A stretch of DNA of 27,439 nt, taken from the NCBI GenBank assembly GCA_039630085.1, contig JBCNVM010000013.1, positions 1 through 27,439 of the forward strand, written 5' to 3'. Source of the stretch: Candidatus Caldarchaeales archaeon (GTDB lineage Archaea; Thermoproteota; Nitrososphaeria_A; Caldarchaeales; Calditenuaceae). The translations under genes and the position numbers were made by a program. Every line of letters begins with the position of its first letter. Within the stretch, counting starts at the first letter, position 1. This document shows, in pieces, positions 8,206-17,964 of this stretch. The notes beneath the pieces were generated by a model, which saw nothing but the letters and a program-made list of their open reading frames with translations, was not told the DNA's origin and made no database searches.

Positions 8206-8295
8206 TAGTGTTGCTCCGGCCTTCAGGCAGCTCACCACGACCTTCTCGTACGCGAAGGGCTCCTCGCTCCCGTCCCTCTTCTGGACCCTGACCAT
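8206..8295 (-). pseudogene. 5' fragment of a small ATP-cone-domain protein gene
   Basis: MVRVQKRDGSEEPFAYEKVVVSCLKAGATL matches the ATP-cone consensus V-x-KRDG-x-x-E-x-F-x-x-x-KI; similarity stops abruptly at about 8206. Confidence 0.75.
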
Positions 8296-8412
8296 CACGT
8301 CCACTTCGGGGCCGGGCTGAGATAACCTTTGGCCCCCGAGCGTCCGCCGGCTGAGGCCCCATCCCGAGAGGGTCAAGCCTTTATCGAGGGAGTTCCGGGC
8401 AGTCCGAGGGTC

Positions 8413-10323
8413 ATGCTGCCCTACGCTCCCTGGCTGGTCTGGCTGATACCGATCCTCGGGTCAGCGCTCGTCCCCGCGTTCTTCAAGCTCGGGAAGCGGG
8501 CCGGAGAGCTCTACTCGATCTCGCTGGTGGCCGCGTCCACCGCCTTCGCGGTCTCGATGGTCCCCGAAGTCTACGGGAAGCCCGCCCAGGTCGTGGAGGC
8601 GCCCTGGCTCGTCCTCCCCGGCGGGACCAATCTCGAGTTCGGGGTGCTGCTCGACCCGCTCTCGGTGCTGATGGCGGTCATCGCGAACGGCATCGGGCTC
8701 CTGATCCTGATCTACTCTGTTGGCTACATGGCCCACGAGGAGGGCCTCCCGAGGTACTGGTTCTTCATGACCTTCTTCATCGGCGGCATGACGCTGCTGG
8801 TCGTCTCGGACAGCCTCGCGGGCATCTACGTCGGGTGGGAGATCGTCGGGATCTGCAGCTACGGTCTCATCAGCTTCTACTACCACAGGAAGGAGGCGAG
8901 GCTGGCGGGGATCAAGGCCTTCGTCACCACGAGGATAGGCGACGCCATGCTCTTCGCGTCGATCGCGCTCCTCTTCTCGAGGTTCGGGACGCTCAGCGTC
9001 TCTGAGATCGCCCACGAGGTCCACGCCCACGGAATCGACCCCGGCTTCATGACGCTCGCGATGCTGCTGGCCTTCGGGGGAGCGATGGGCAAGTCGGCCC
9101 AGTTCCCGCTCCACGTCTGGCTCCCGGACGCGATGGAGGGCCCGACTCCGGTCAGCGCGCTCATCCACGCGGCCACGATGGTCAAGGCCGGGGTCTACCT
9201 GATGGCGAGGTACTCCTGGACGCTGGTCCCGATAGAGCACTTCGGCACGACACAGCTCTCCGACTGGTACGCGCTGATGATCACCGTCGGCAGCTTCACC
9301 TCGCTCTTCGCGGCCACGATGGGCCTCGTCATGAACGACATCAAGAGAGTGGTAGCATACTCGACGATCAGCCAGCTGGCCCTGATGTTCGCGGCGATCG
9401 GTGCCGGCTCGGTCGCGGGATGGGCCTCCGGGGTCTACCACCTGCTCAGCCACTCGGCCTTCAAGGCCCTCCTCTTCCTAGCGGCCGGCTCGGTGATCCA
9501 CGCGGTCGCGACCAACGACATCGACCAGATGGGAGGCCTCAGGAAGTACATGCCGGTCACCTTCTACACCGCGCTCGTGGGCGCCCTCAGCCTCTCCGGA
9601 GTTCCGCCGCTCAGCGGGTTCTTCACGAAGGACCTGGTCATCAACTCGCTGATCAAGGGAGGTCACTGGGTCCCGCTGGCGCTGGTCGCGGCCGCCTCCG
9701 TCCTGACCGTCGTGTACAGCATGAGGTGGGTCAGCAAGGTCTTCCTCGGCGAGTTCAGGGGCCACCTGCCGCCGCACGCCCACGCCGACGGCCACGGAGG
9801 CCTGCACGAGTCGCCGAGGGTCATGACGGTCCCGCTGGTGGTGCTCGCGGCCCTCGCGGCCGTTCTTGGACTTCCACCGCTGGAGGAGGAGTTCCTCCAC
9901 TACCTGGGCGTCGAGCACATCAAGGTCGATCCGCTGGCGTACGTAGTCTCCGCGGCAGTCCTGGTGACCGGGTTCGGAGTCTCCTACCTGTTCTACTTCT
10001 CGGGGAGGATGGATCCGACGAGCGTGAGGGAGGGCGCGCTGAGGCCCGTGCACAGGCTGCTCGTGAACCGCTACTACATCGACCAGGCCTTCGAGCTGGT
10101 CTTCGTCGCGGGCTTCATCAGGCTCTCCTCTTGGGTCAGGAGGAACCTCGAGGAGCGGGTGATAGACGGGCTCAATTACTCCTCCGCGAAGGCCTTCGTC
10201 TACTTCGTCCAGGCCTTCAGGTACATCCAGACGGGGAGCAGCAACGTCAACGTCGCGAGCATCGCCCTCGGCGTCCTGGTGCTAGTGATCTTCCTGCTGG
10301 GCAGGGTCCTCGGCCTCTTCTGA
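8413..10323 (+). CDS. nuoL: NADH-quinone oxidoreductase subunit L (NuoL/ND5)
   Basis: GKSAQFPLHVWLPDAMEGPTPVSALIHAATMVKAGVYL, DIKRVVAYSTISQL and HSAFKALLFL motifs. ATG 8413 preferred over TTG 8329. Confidence 0.93.
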   Translation: MLPYAPWLVWLIPILGSALVPAFFKLGKRAGELYSISLVAASTAFAVSMVPEVYGKPAQVVEAPWLVLPGGTNLEFGVLLDPLSVLMAVIANGIGLLILIYSVGYMAHEEGLPRYWFFMTFFIGGMTLLVVSDSLAGIYVGWEIVGICSYGLISFYYHRKEARLAGIKAFVTTRIGDAMLFASIALLFSRFGTLSVSEIAHEVHAHGIDPGFMTLAMLLAFGGAMGKSAQFPLHVWLPDAMEGPTPVSALIHAATMVKAGVYLMARYSWTLVPIEHFGTTQLSDWYALMITVGSFTSLFAATMGLVMNDIKRVVAYSTISQLALMFAAIGAGSVAGWASGVYHLLSHSAFKALLFLAAGSVIHAVATNDIDQMGGLRKYMPVTFYTALVGALSLSGVPPLSGFFTKDLVINSLIKGGHWVPLALVAAASVLTVVYSMRWVSKVFLGEFRGHLPPHAHADGHGGLHESPRVMTVPLVVLAALAAVLGLPPLEEEFLHYLGVEHIKVDPLAYVVSAAVLVTGFGVSYLFYFSGRMDPTSVREGALRPVHRLLVNRYYIDQAFELVFVAGFIRLSSWVRRNLEERVIDGLNYSSAKAFVYFVQAFRYIQTGSSNVNVASIALGVLVLVIFLLGRVLGLF

Positions 10324-10381
10324 CCCAATTCCTGGATCAGTCCTTTTAACTCGCCCGTACCCTAGGCGGTCGGCGGAGGGC

Positions 10382-11686
10382 TTGAGGGCGAGGGAGCTCT
10401 TCTTGGTGGCCTGGTCGAACGTCTCCGCGCACAAGTTCAGGTCGATCCTCACGACCCTCGGGGTGATCTTCGGGGTCGCGACGGTGATCACGGTCGTGAT
10501 GATGTCCTCGAGCGTGGAGACCTACTTCATCTCGAGGTTCACGGACCTCTTCGCGCCGGACGCCTTTACGGTGACCGTCGGCGAGGTCAGGTCGGGGGTC
10601 GGGGCGATGGGCTTCTACATCCATCAGACCCCCATGATCACCCAGAAGGACATGACGGTCGTCGGCAGGATCCCGGGTGTCAAGGACGTCTACACGCTCG
10701 GAGACCTCCAGCCCGACCTGACGAGCCCGATCAGGTTCAAGGGGAAGGTTATCTCCACGGGACTGGTGGGCTTCAGGATAGTCGCCAGCACGCCGAACGC
10801 CTTCACCCCCAACCAGCTCCACATGGGCAGGGCCTTCAGGAACGAGTTCGAGACCGTCGTGACCTACGACATCGCGAGGAGGATCGCGAAGGAGATCGGG
10901 GACGAGGAGAGGCTCGACCTGGTCCTGGGGAGGACCGTCGAGCTCAGCTTCGTCGAGGAGGGCGTGAGGAGGTCCGTGCAGGCTAGGATCGTCGGGATAC
11001 TCAAGGACATACCGTTCGTCTTCCAGAACGCGGCCTACCTGAGCCTCGACCACTACTACGACGTCGAGCGCCCGGTGCCGGGTGCCGGAGTCCAGAGGGT
11101 CTACAGGGTCCTCGGGGTCAGGGTCAACTCGGTCGCGGAGCTCGAGGAGGTCAAGGAGAGGGTCCTCGAGTACTTCAGGACCGGCTCCGATGCGGAGAGG
11201 TTCAGGAGGCGGGACGTCCCGAACCTAGAGTTCATCACCATCTCGGCGGGCGAGGTCGTCAGGTTCCTCAGGGAGCAGATCCAGCTCTTCGCGGGCTTCG
11301 TCCTGCAGATAGGGTCCTTCGCGCTGCTGGTCGGGTCGATCGGGATCGCCAACATCATGCTGGTCAACGTCACCGAGCGGACGAAGGAGATCGGAGTCCT
11401 GAGGGCGATAGGCGCGAAGCGGCGGGACGTCCTCAACATGTTCCTCTTCGAGGCCTCGCTGATCGGCGTGATAGGCGCCCTCATGGCCGTGCCGCTCGGG
11501 GTGGCGCTCGGCGTCCTCTTCCTGAACTCGGGGCCGTTCGTCGCCGTCCAGCTCCCGGTCGTGATCAGGCCCGAGTGGATTCCGCTCGCGATGGGCATCG
11601 GCGCGCTGGTCGGGATCCTCAGCGGCCTTTACCCGGCCTGGAGGGCCTCGAGGATAGACCCCGTCAGGGCCCTGAAGTACGAGTGA
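10382..11686 (+). CDS. MacB/FtsX-family ABC transporter permease
   Basis: RSILTTLGVIFGVATVI, GIANIMLVNVTERTKEIGVLRAIGA and YPAWRASRIDPVRALKYE motifs. Confidence 0.93.
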   Translation: MRARELFLVAWSNVSAHKFRSILTTLGVIFGVATVITVVMMSSSVETYFISRFTDLFAPDAFTVTVGEVRSGVGAMGFYIHQTPMITQKDMTVVGRIPGVKDVYTLGDLQPDLTSPIRFKGKVISTGLVGFRIVASTPNAFTPNQLHMGRAFRNEFETVVTYDIARRIAKEIGDEERLDLVLGRTVELSFVEEGVRRSVQARIVGILKDIPFVFQNAAYLSLDHYYDVERPVPGAGVQRVYRVLGVRVNSVAELEEVKERVLEYFRTGSDAERFRRRDVPNLEFITISAGEVVRFLREQIQLFAGFVLQIGSFALLVGSIGIANIMLVNVTERTKEIGVLRAIGAKRRDVLNMFLFEASLIGVIGALMAVPLGVALGVLFLNSGPFVAVQLPVVIRPEWIPLAMGIGALVGILSGLYPAWRASRIDPVRALKYE

Positions 11687-11687
11687 G

Positions 11688-12551
11688 GTGGCCGGGGTGG
11701 CGGTGCTGAAGAGGAGGCTCGGCAGGACCTCCGAGCTCGTCGCGGAGATCGGGCTCGGGACATGGAGGATGGGCGGAGGACCAAGACCTGACACCAGCAG
11801 GGACAGGGAGTGCGTCGAGGCGATCAGGTACGCGGTCCAGCTGGGGATGACCCACATCGACACCGCGGAGATGTACGGCGGCGGCCACTCGGAGGAGCTC
11901 GTGGGCGAGGCGATCAGGGACATCCCGAGGGAAGAGGTCTTCGTGGCGACCAAGGTCTGGCCGACCAACCTGAGGTACGAACAGGTCCTGAGGTCGTGCG
12001 AGATGAGCCTGAAGCGACTGGGGCTGAAGTACGTCGACCTCTACATGATACACTGGCCGTCCGAGGAGGTCCCTCTGAAGGAGTCGATGAGGGCCCTCGA
12101 GAGGGTGTACAAGGACGGGAAGATAATGCACGTCGGCGTCAGCAACTTCTCGGTCGAGCTGCTGGAGGAGGCGAGGAGCTGCCTCTCGGTGACGGACGTC
12201 GTCGCGAACCAGGTCGAGTACAACCTCCTCAACAGGTCGATCGAGCGGGAACTGCTCCCCTACTGCAGGAGGGAGGGGATTACCGTCACGGCTTACAGCC
12301 CCTTGGCCCAAGGCAGGATACCTGCGGAGGTCGAGAGGGGGACGAGGCTCGGCAGGGAGCTCTCGAGGGTCGCGAGGAAGTACGGCGTCACGCCGGTCCA
12401 GGTGGCCCTCAACTGGGTCATCCACCATGATGAAGTCATCGCGATACCGAAGGCCGTCTCAAGGAGGCACCTGGAGGAGAACGCCGGAGCTTCCGGGTGG
12501 AGGCTGGAGGAGTCCGACTACAGGGCGCTCTGCGAGGCGTCGGAGGCCTAG
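11688..12551 (+). CDS. Aldo/keto reductase
   Basis: IGLGTW, IDTAEMYG, VATK, YVDLYMIHWP, GVSNF, NQVEYN and AYSPL motifs; catalytic D/Y/K/H present. Confidence 0.95.
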   Translation: MAGVAVLKRRLGRTSELVAEIGLGTWRMGGGPRPDTSRDRECVEAIRYAVQLGMTHIDTAEMYGGGHSEELVGEAIRDIPREEVFVATKVWPTNLRYEQVLRSCEMSLKRLGLKYVDLYMIHWPSEEVPLKESMRALERVYKDGKIMHVGVSNFSVELLEEARSCLSVTDVVANQVEYNLLNRSIERELLPYCRREGITVTAYSPLAQGRIPAEVERGTRLGRELSRVARKYGVTPVQVALNWVIHHDEVIAIPKAVSRRHLEENAGASGWRLEESDYRALCEASEA

Positions 12552-13102
12552 TGCTCAGGGACGTTCAGGAACCTCAGGAAGACGTAGACCACGACCCCTA
12601 GGGCCAGGCTGACCGACCAGGCGACGTAAGCCACCCTCCCAACCCTCGCGTGGGGCGTCCCGGAGATCGCGGCGACCGGCAGCGTACCTCCAGTCAGGAT
12701 GTTGAAGAGGACCAGCGGCACCGAGACGATCGAGAGCGCCAGGTGGACCGTGAGGACCGGGAGGTAGACGAAGTTCCTCAGGAGCTCTGGGCCCCTGTAG
12801 ACCTCCACTCCCCCTAGGAATAGCCTCGAGACGTACATCACAAGGAACGCGGTGATCAGGACGAAGCTCGCCAGCATGAAGGCCTTGTGGGACCTCACGT
12901 CTCCCTTCCTAATCGCCCTGAAGCCCAACTGGAGCGACAGGAAGCCCGCGAGGTTGACCGCGGCGATCGCGTGGGGCAGGACCTCCACGAGCGTTCCACC
13001 TCCGCCGGGCTCCCTGGGCGACAGCAGGAGGTAGGTCAGGACCGTGTACGCGACCACGGTGATCAGCGCGGTCAGCGCGGCCTGCCTCCTCACGCCGACC
13101 AT
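12548..13102 (-). CDS. DUF420 family membrane protein (CtaM/YozB-like)
   Basis: GFRAIRKGDVRSHKAFM, FLVMY, VYLPVLTVHLALS, HARVGR..W..S..LGVVVY pattern. Confidence 0.85.
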   Translation of the reverse strand: MVGVRRQAALTALITVVAYTVLTYLLLSPREPGGGGTLVEVLPHAIAAVNLAGFLSLQLGFRAIRKGDVRSHKAFMLASFVLITAFLVMYVSRLFLGGVEVYRGPELLRNFVYLPVLTVHLALSIVSVPLVLFNILTGGTLPVAAISGTPHARVGRVAYVAWSVSLALGVVVYVFLRFLNVPEH

Positions 13103-13127
13103 ACGCCGCCGAATCGTCGTGATCGGC

Positions 13128-13133
13128 TTATAA
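13128..13133. promoter_or_regulatory. Palindromic TATA box shared by divergent DUF420 and copA
   Basis: TTATAA with exactly 25 nt to each start codon (13102 on -, 13159 on +). Confidence 0.65.
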
Positions 13134-13158
13134 CGGTGACCCGGTTCCTCGGGGACGG

Positions 13159-15258
13159 ATGGCGAGGGACGTCGTCTGCGGGATGTACGTCGACGAGCGG
13201 GAGTCCGAGTTCAGTGTCGAGCGCGGAGGGGTACTCTACCACTTCTGCAGCAGGTCCTGCATGCTCCAGTTCCTCGAGCCGGAGATCGAGCTGAGGAGGT
13301 TGAGGGCCCTCGTCGCATTCAGCCTGTCCTCGGGCGCCATCATCGGCCTCCTCGAGCTCCTCGGGCCCATTCCGGACCACCACTCGACGGGCCTCCTCCT
13401 ACTCCTCCTCGCGACGCCGGTCCAGTTCGTCGCGGGCCTCAGATTCTACAGGGGTCTGATCGACGCGCTGAGGTCCAAGCAGGCGAACATGGACAGCCTG
13501 ATCGCGATCGGGACCACGACCGCGTGGGCCTACAGCGCCCTCGTCGCGCTCCAGGACTTCGGGCTCGTCCCCCAGCTGGTCCAGCCTCCTCCCGGAGAGC
13601 ACAGGTACTACTTCCTCGAGTCGTCGCTGATCGTGGGCTTCATCCTGCTGGGAAGGACCCTCGAGCACCGGGTCAGGGTCAGGGCCGAGGAGGCGGTCAG
13701 GTCGCTCTACGAGCTCCACCCCGACAGGGCGGTCGTGGTCAGGGAAGGTCAGGAGGTCTCGGTCCCGGCCGAGGAGGTCGGAGTCGGCGAGCTGGTGGTG
13801 GTTCGGCCCGGGGAGAGGATACCGGTCGACGGCGTCGTCGTCGAGGGCTCGACCAGCGTCGACCAGTCTTCGATGACCGGCGAGAGCGCGCCCGTCGAGA
13901 AGAAGATCGGAGACGAGGTCATCGCGGGAACGGTCAACATCACGGGGATGATCCGGGTGAGGGCCATCAGGACGGGCCAGGACACGACGCTCTCGCAGGT
14001 CCTCAGGACGGTCCAGGAGGCGATACTCTCGAGGGTCCCGCTCCAGCGGCTCGCCGACAGGGTCGCCTCGGTCTTCGTCCCGGTGGTGGTCCTCGTCGCG
14101 CTCGGGGCTTCGGCCTACTGGGGTCTGGTCGCGGGGATGCCGTTCAGCTTCTCGATGTTGATCGCGGTCTCGGTGCTGATCATCGCCTGCCCCTGCGCCC
14201 TCGGGATCGCGACGCCCGCGGCGATCATGGTCAGCGCCGGGAGGGCCGCGAGGAGGGGGATCCTGATCAGGTCCGGAGAGGCGCTCGAGTCGCTGAGGAG
14301 GGCGACCGTGGCTGTCTTCGACAAGACGGGGACGCTGACCAAGGGCAGGCCGAGGGTCGTGAGGGTCGTCGCCGCCGAGGGGTTCGGAGAGGAGGAGGTC
14401 CTGAGGCTCGCCGCCTCGGCGGAGTCCGCGTCCAACCACCCGATCGCGCAGGCGGTCCTCGAGCACGCGATGTCAAGGGACGTCGAGCCCGTCGAGCTGA
14501 AGGAGGGGGGCGTCGTCGCGGGGAGGGGCGTGGTCGCGAGGCTGGACGGCTCCACGGTCAGGGTGGGGAGCGTAGCCTTCCTCGAGTCGGAGGGCGTCAA
14601 GGTCCAGGAGGAGCTGAGGGACGTCATCGGGGAGATGCAGGCCTCGGGTCTCACGGCGGTCGCGGTCGGCCTGGAAGGGAGGGCGGTCGGCGCGATAGGG
14701 CTCCTCGACGTTCCGAGGGACGAGGCCCGCGAGGTCGTCGAGTCCCTGAAGTCTAGGGGGATGAGGGTCCTGATGCTCACGGGAGACAGCGAGGAGACCG
14801 CGAGGGCGGTCGCGGACCTCGTCGGTATCGAGGAGTTCAGGGCCTCCCTCCTCCCGCACCAGAAGGCCGAGTTCGTCAGGGAGCTGCGGAGGTCCGGGGA
14901 GGTGGTGGTGATGGTCGGGGACGGGATCAACGACGCTCCGGCGCTGGTCGAGGCGGACGTCGGGATCTCGATGGGCTCCGGGACAGACCTCGCGAAGCAG
15001 GCAGGAAGCCTCGTCCTCCTCGGCAACGACCTGAGGGACGCCGTGAGGGCGATCGACCTCAGCAGGGTCACCGTCAGGAAGATCAAGCAGAACCTCTTCT
15101 GGGCCTTCGCGCACAACGTCGCCCTCATCCCCGTCGCCGCGGGCGTCCTCTACCCTCTGGGCTTCCTCCTCAACCCGGTCTACGCGGCGATAGCGATGGC
15201 GATGAGCTCGATCTCGGTGACGCTGAACTCGATGAGCCTCTACAGGGTCCCGATATGA
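13159..15258 (+). CDS. copA: Heavy-metal (Cu) P1B-type ATPase with N-terminal YHS/TRASH domain
   Basis: DVVCGM...[34 protein letters not shown] and MAMSS motifs. Confidence 0.92.
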   Translation: MARDVVCGMYVDERESEFSVERGGVLYHFCSRSCMLQFLEPEIELRRLRALVAFSLSSGAIIGLLELLGPIPDHHSTGLLLLLLATPVQFVAGLRFYRGLIDALRSKQANMDSLIAIGTTTAWAYSALVALQDFGLVPQLVQPPPGEHRYYFLESSLIVGFILLGRTLEHRVRVRAEEAVRSLYELHPDRAVVVREGQEVSVPAEEVGVGELVVVRPGERIPVDGVVVEGSTSVDQSSMTGESAPVEKKIGDEVIAGTVNITGMIRVRAIRTGQDTTLSQVLRTVQEAILSRVPLQRLADRVASVFVPVVVLVALGASAYWGLVAGMPFSFSMLIAVSVLIIACPCALGIATPAAIMVSAGRAARRGILIRSGEALESLRRATVAVFDKTGTLTKGRPRVVRVVAAEGFGEEEVLRLAASAESASNHPIAQAVLEHAMSRDVEPVELKEGGVVAGRGVVARLDGSTVRVGSVAFLESEGVKVQEELRDVIGEMQASGLTAVAVGLEGRAVGAIGLLDVPRDEAREVVESLKSRGMRVLMLTGDSEETARAVADLVGIEEFRASLLPHQKAEFVRELRRSGEVVVMVGDGINDAPALVEADVGISMGSGTDLAKQAGSLVLLGNDLRDAVRAIDLSRVTVRKIKQNLFWAFAHNVALIPVAAGVLYPLGFLLNPVYAAIAMAMSSISVTLNSMSLYRVPI

Positions 15259-15259
15259 C

Positions 15260-15841
15260 TCAGCCCTCCGAGGACCTCACGACGAGCAGGTCCGAATAGA
15301 GAGGGCCTTCGGGCCTCAGGACGCTCCTCTTCAGCTTGAACCTGTCGACTCGGACCTCGCCCACCTCGACGGCCGAGAGCCTCTCGATCGCCTGGAGGAC
15401 CCTGGGCCTGTTGCTGACGCCCTTGACCCTCAGGATCGTGATGTGGGGCGCGAACTCCTTGTCGGGCCTGAGGCCCAGCTTGGAGGCCCTCTCGACGACC
15501 GCCCTCTGGAGGCCGTGCATCTCGCCGCTCGGGTCCTGCACGCCCACCCAGACGACGTTGATCCTCCCGCCGCCGGGGAAGTAGCCGACCCCGGAGAGCC
15601 TGACGGTGAAGGGCCTGAACCTGATCCCCGAGAGCTCCTCCTTCAGCCTCTCGACGACCTCCTTGGGCTGCTCGCCGAAGAACTGGAGCGTCACGTGGAG
15701 CGTCTCCGGGTCCACCTGCTTCGCGATCAGCCCGGCCTCGATCAGCTCCCTCCCGACGTTCGAGATCGTCCTGGTTATCTCGGGCGTGAAGACGTCGACC
15801 GCCGCGAAGCACCTGATCAGCTCTTCGGGACGCTGGGCCAT
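15260..15841 (-). CDS. thpR: RNA 2',3'-cyclic phosphodiesterase (2H family)
   Basis: Two HxT motifs (LHVTLQFFGE, PHITILR), N-terminal RCFAAV, C-terminal SVLRPEGPLY. Own TATA-like TTTATC at 15867-15872. Confidence 0.92.
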   Translation of the reverse strand: MAQRPEELIRCFAAVDVFTPEITRTISNVGRELIEAGLIAKQVDPETLHVTLQFFGEQPKEVVERLKEELSGIRFRPFTVRLSGVGYFPGGGRINVVWVGVQDPSGEMHGLQRAVVERASKLGLRPDKEFAPHITILRVKGVSNRPRVLQAIERLSAVEVGEVRVDRFKLKRSVLRPEGPLYSDLLVVRSSEG

Positions 15842-15887
15842 CCGTCGGCCGTCGGGTCAGCCCGGAGATAAACGGCTCGCGGCCGCG

Positions 15888-17483
15888 TCAGAGGGGTCCC
15901 GCGCCCCTCATCCTGCGGAGCATCGCCCTGCTGACCCTCTCCGCGACGACGTCCCAGTCGAGTTCGCCGACCGAACCGGCGTTGACGTTGAGGGTGACGT
16001 TCAGGGTTATCGGCCTGGAAGGCCCCGGCCCGAGCCCCCCGAGAGAGGAGATCAGCCTCTCGACGGCCTGGAGCGTCTCGGACTGTCCCCACTCCGTCCA
16101 CCTGACCACCTCGGTCCACATCTCAGGGACGATCGACCTGCCCACGAGCTGGTTGTGGAGCCACTCGAACGCCGAGCGGATCCCCGAGACTATTGAGTTG
16201 ATCAAGTCCAGAACGGGCCTCAGGAGCGACTCGGCGGCGCCGTGAATGGCGGAGAATGTCCTCGACGCGGCCTCGGAGAGCCACCCGAGCGCCTCGCCGA
16301 AGGCCCTCACCGCGGAGACCGCCTGCCCGGCGACGAACCCGACCAACGGCACCAGGACGCTGTTCCAGACCCACGACGCCGTCTCCCCGAGCCTGTTAAA
16401 CGTCGAGGTCGCGGCCTCCACGAACTTGGAGGCTGTGGTGAAGGAGCTCACGAGCTGTCCGATCAGGAACGCGGCCAGGGGCTCGAGCGCGTTCTTCCAC
16501 AGCCAGCTCAGCGCCGCCGAGAGCGCCTCCGCGATCGCGGCGAACGTCCTGACCTGACCGAGCAGCCACTCGAGGACGACCGAGAGGACGGAGCCGAGGA
16601 ACGATCCGATCGGCGCGAGCACGTCGTTCAGCAGCCACTCGAGCGCCGGGCCCAGCGCGGAGCTCACCGCGGAGGCGACGCCCTCGAAGACTGGGGTCAC
16701 CTTCTCCCAATTGGCGGCGATCAGGGCCGCGGCCGTCCCAATCCCGACCAGGGCCAGGCCGATCGGGCCCATGGAAGCGTAGAGCGCCGCGAAGGCCGCC
16801 TTCACCGCGCCGAGCGCGGAGCTCAGGGTGGGCGAGAGCGCCGCGACCGCCGAGAGCCCGTTCACGACCGACATGAACTTCGGGACCAGCTCGACCGAGC
16901 TCAGGCCGACCGCGAACAGCTGCGCCTGAAAGCTCCTCATCGAGGCCTCGACGTCGCCGCTCGCCTTCTGGAGCTGCCTCTGGACCTCCTCGACGCTACT
17001 CAGGGCCTCCCTCAGCCTCTCCGCGGCGGGCCCGCTCGCCTCCTTCGCGCCGATCATCTCCCTCAGCGCCCGCGCAGCCTCCTCGGCCGTGGAGGCCTGT
17101 ATCCCGAACTCGGCGTTGAGCTCCCTCAGCAGGGACGCCTGCCTCTCTTGGGCCGAGGCGAGGACGAGCTGGGCGGCGTGGAGCCTCGTCATCGAGGCGT
17201 CGAGGGCCGTGATGACCCTCGAGACCGACTCGCCGAGCCCCGCGACCTCGCCCAGCTGCCTCGCGACGAACTGCGCCCTCTCCCCGAAGACCTGCGACTC
17301 CTCCTGGACCGCCCTGAGGACCGCCTTCTGCTCCCTCGACTGCCTGACGACCTCCTTCGCCCTCGCGACCACCTCCTCGTTGGCCTCGCCGAGCCTCCTC
17401 AGCTCCTCCGAGACCGACGCGATCTCGTCGGTGGCGTCGTCCCTCCCAACGAACTCTATTCCTATCCTATACGCCTCGCTCAC
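15888..17483 (-). CDS. Tail tape measure protein
   Basis: N-terminal IGIEFVGRDDAT, Ala/Glu-rich coiled coil, GPIGLALVGIG..LIAANWEK, periodic Trp/Phe repeats (EWLLNDVLAP, SWLWKNALEP, SWVWNSVLVP), VGRSIVPEM. Confidence 0.85.
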   Translation of the reverse strand: MSEAYRIGIEFVGRDDATDEIASVSEELRRLGEANEEVVARAKEVVRQSREQKAVLRAVQEESQVFGERAQFVARQLGEVAGLGESVSRVITALDASMTRLHAAQLVLASAQERQASLLRELNAEFGIQASTAEEAARALREMIGAKEASGPAAERLREALSSVEEVQRQLQKASGDVEASMRSFQAQLFAVGLSSVELVPKFMSVVNGLSAVAALSPTLSSALGAVKAAFAALYASMGPIGLALVGIGTAAALIAANWEKVTPVFEGVASAVSSALGPALEWLLNDVLAPIGSFLGSVLSVVLEWLLGQVRTFAAIAEALSAALSWLWKNALEPLAAFLIGQLVSSFTTASKFVEAATSTFNRLGETASWVWNSVLVPLVGFVAGQAVSAVRAFGEALGWLSEAASRTFSAIHGAAESLLRPVLDLINSIVSGIRSAFEWLHNQLVGRSIVPEMWTEVVRWTEWGQSETLQAVERLISSLGGLGPGPSRPITLNVTLNVNAGSVGELDWDVVAERVSRAMLRRMRGAGPL

Positions 17484-17886
17484 GGAGCAGCGACCTCGCC
17501 AGCTCGCGGAGACCGCGCAGGGACTCTCCGGCGGCCCTCCCCAGGAACCGGTGCGGCCTGATACCGGGATGGACGTCGACGAACCTGAAGCCCAGGCCGC
17601 TTACGTAGACCGGAGCCCCGAGCCTGAAGGGCCTGACGCCGAACTCGACGTAGGGCCAGTAGCTCGCGCCCGGAGTCACCGAGAACCTCATCGCGCCCAA
17701 CCTTCTCGCCGAGATGCTCGCCGCCAGCCTCCCGGTCCTCTTAGGGGCGTACTGAGCGGCCTTAGACGCGGTGATCCTCGCGAGCGATTCCAGCAGCCTC
17801 TCCTCCGCATCCGCGACGGCCCTCGGGTCCAGCGACCTCAGGGCCTTCTCAAGGCCCCTGACCCTCACCTCCGTAGCTCCCTCCAC
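17467..17886 (-). CDS. HK97 gp10-like tail completion/neck protein
   Basis: VRGLEKALRSL...AAQYAPKRTGRLAASI...YWPYVEFG...HPGIRPHRFL consensus. Confidence 0.85.
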   Translation of the reverse strand: MEGATEVRVRGLEKALRSLDPRAVADAEERLLESLARITASKAAQYAPKRTGRLAASISARRLGAMRFSVTPGASYWPYVEFGVRPFRLGAPVYVSGLGFRFVDVHPGIRPHRFLGRAAGESLRGLRELARSLLRERGV

Positions 17887-17964
17887 CTCCTCCGGTCGTC
17901 CAGGGAGAGCTCGCGGGCCACCAGAAGGTCCAGCACGAGGTCCTCCAGCCTGCCCCTCAGCATC

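Noticed and set aside
8413-10323. DabB or MrpA instead of NuoL
   Set aside because: No DabA or mrp neighbours; length and the C-terminal region (YYID...VIDG...IQTG) fit NuoL.
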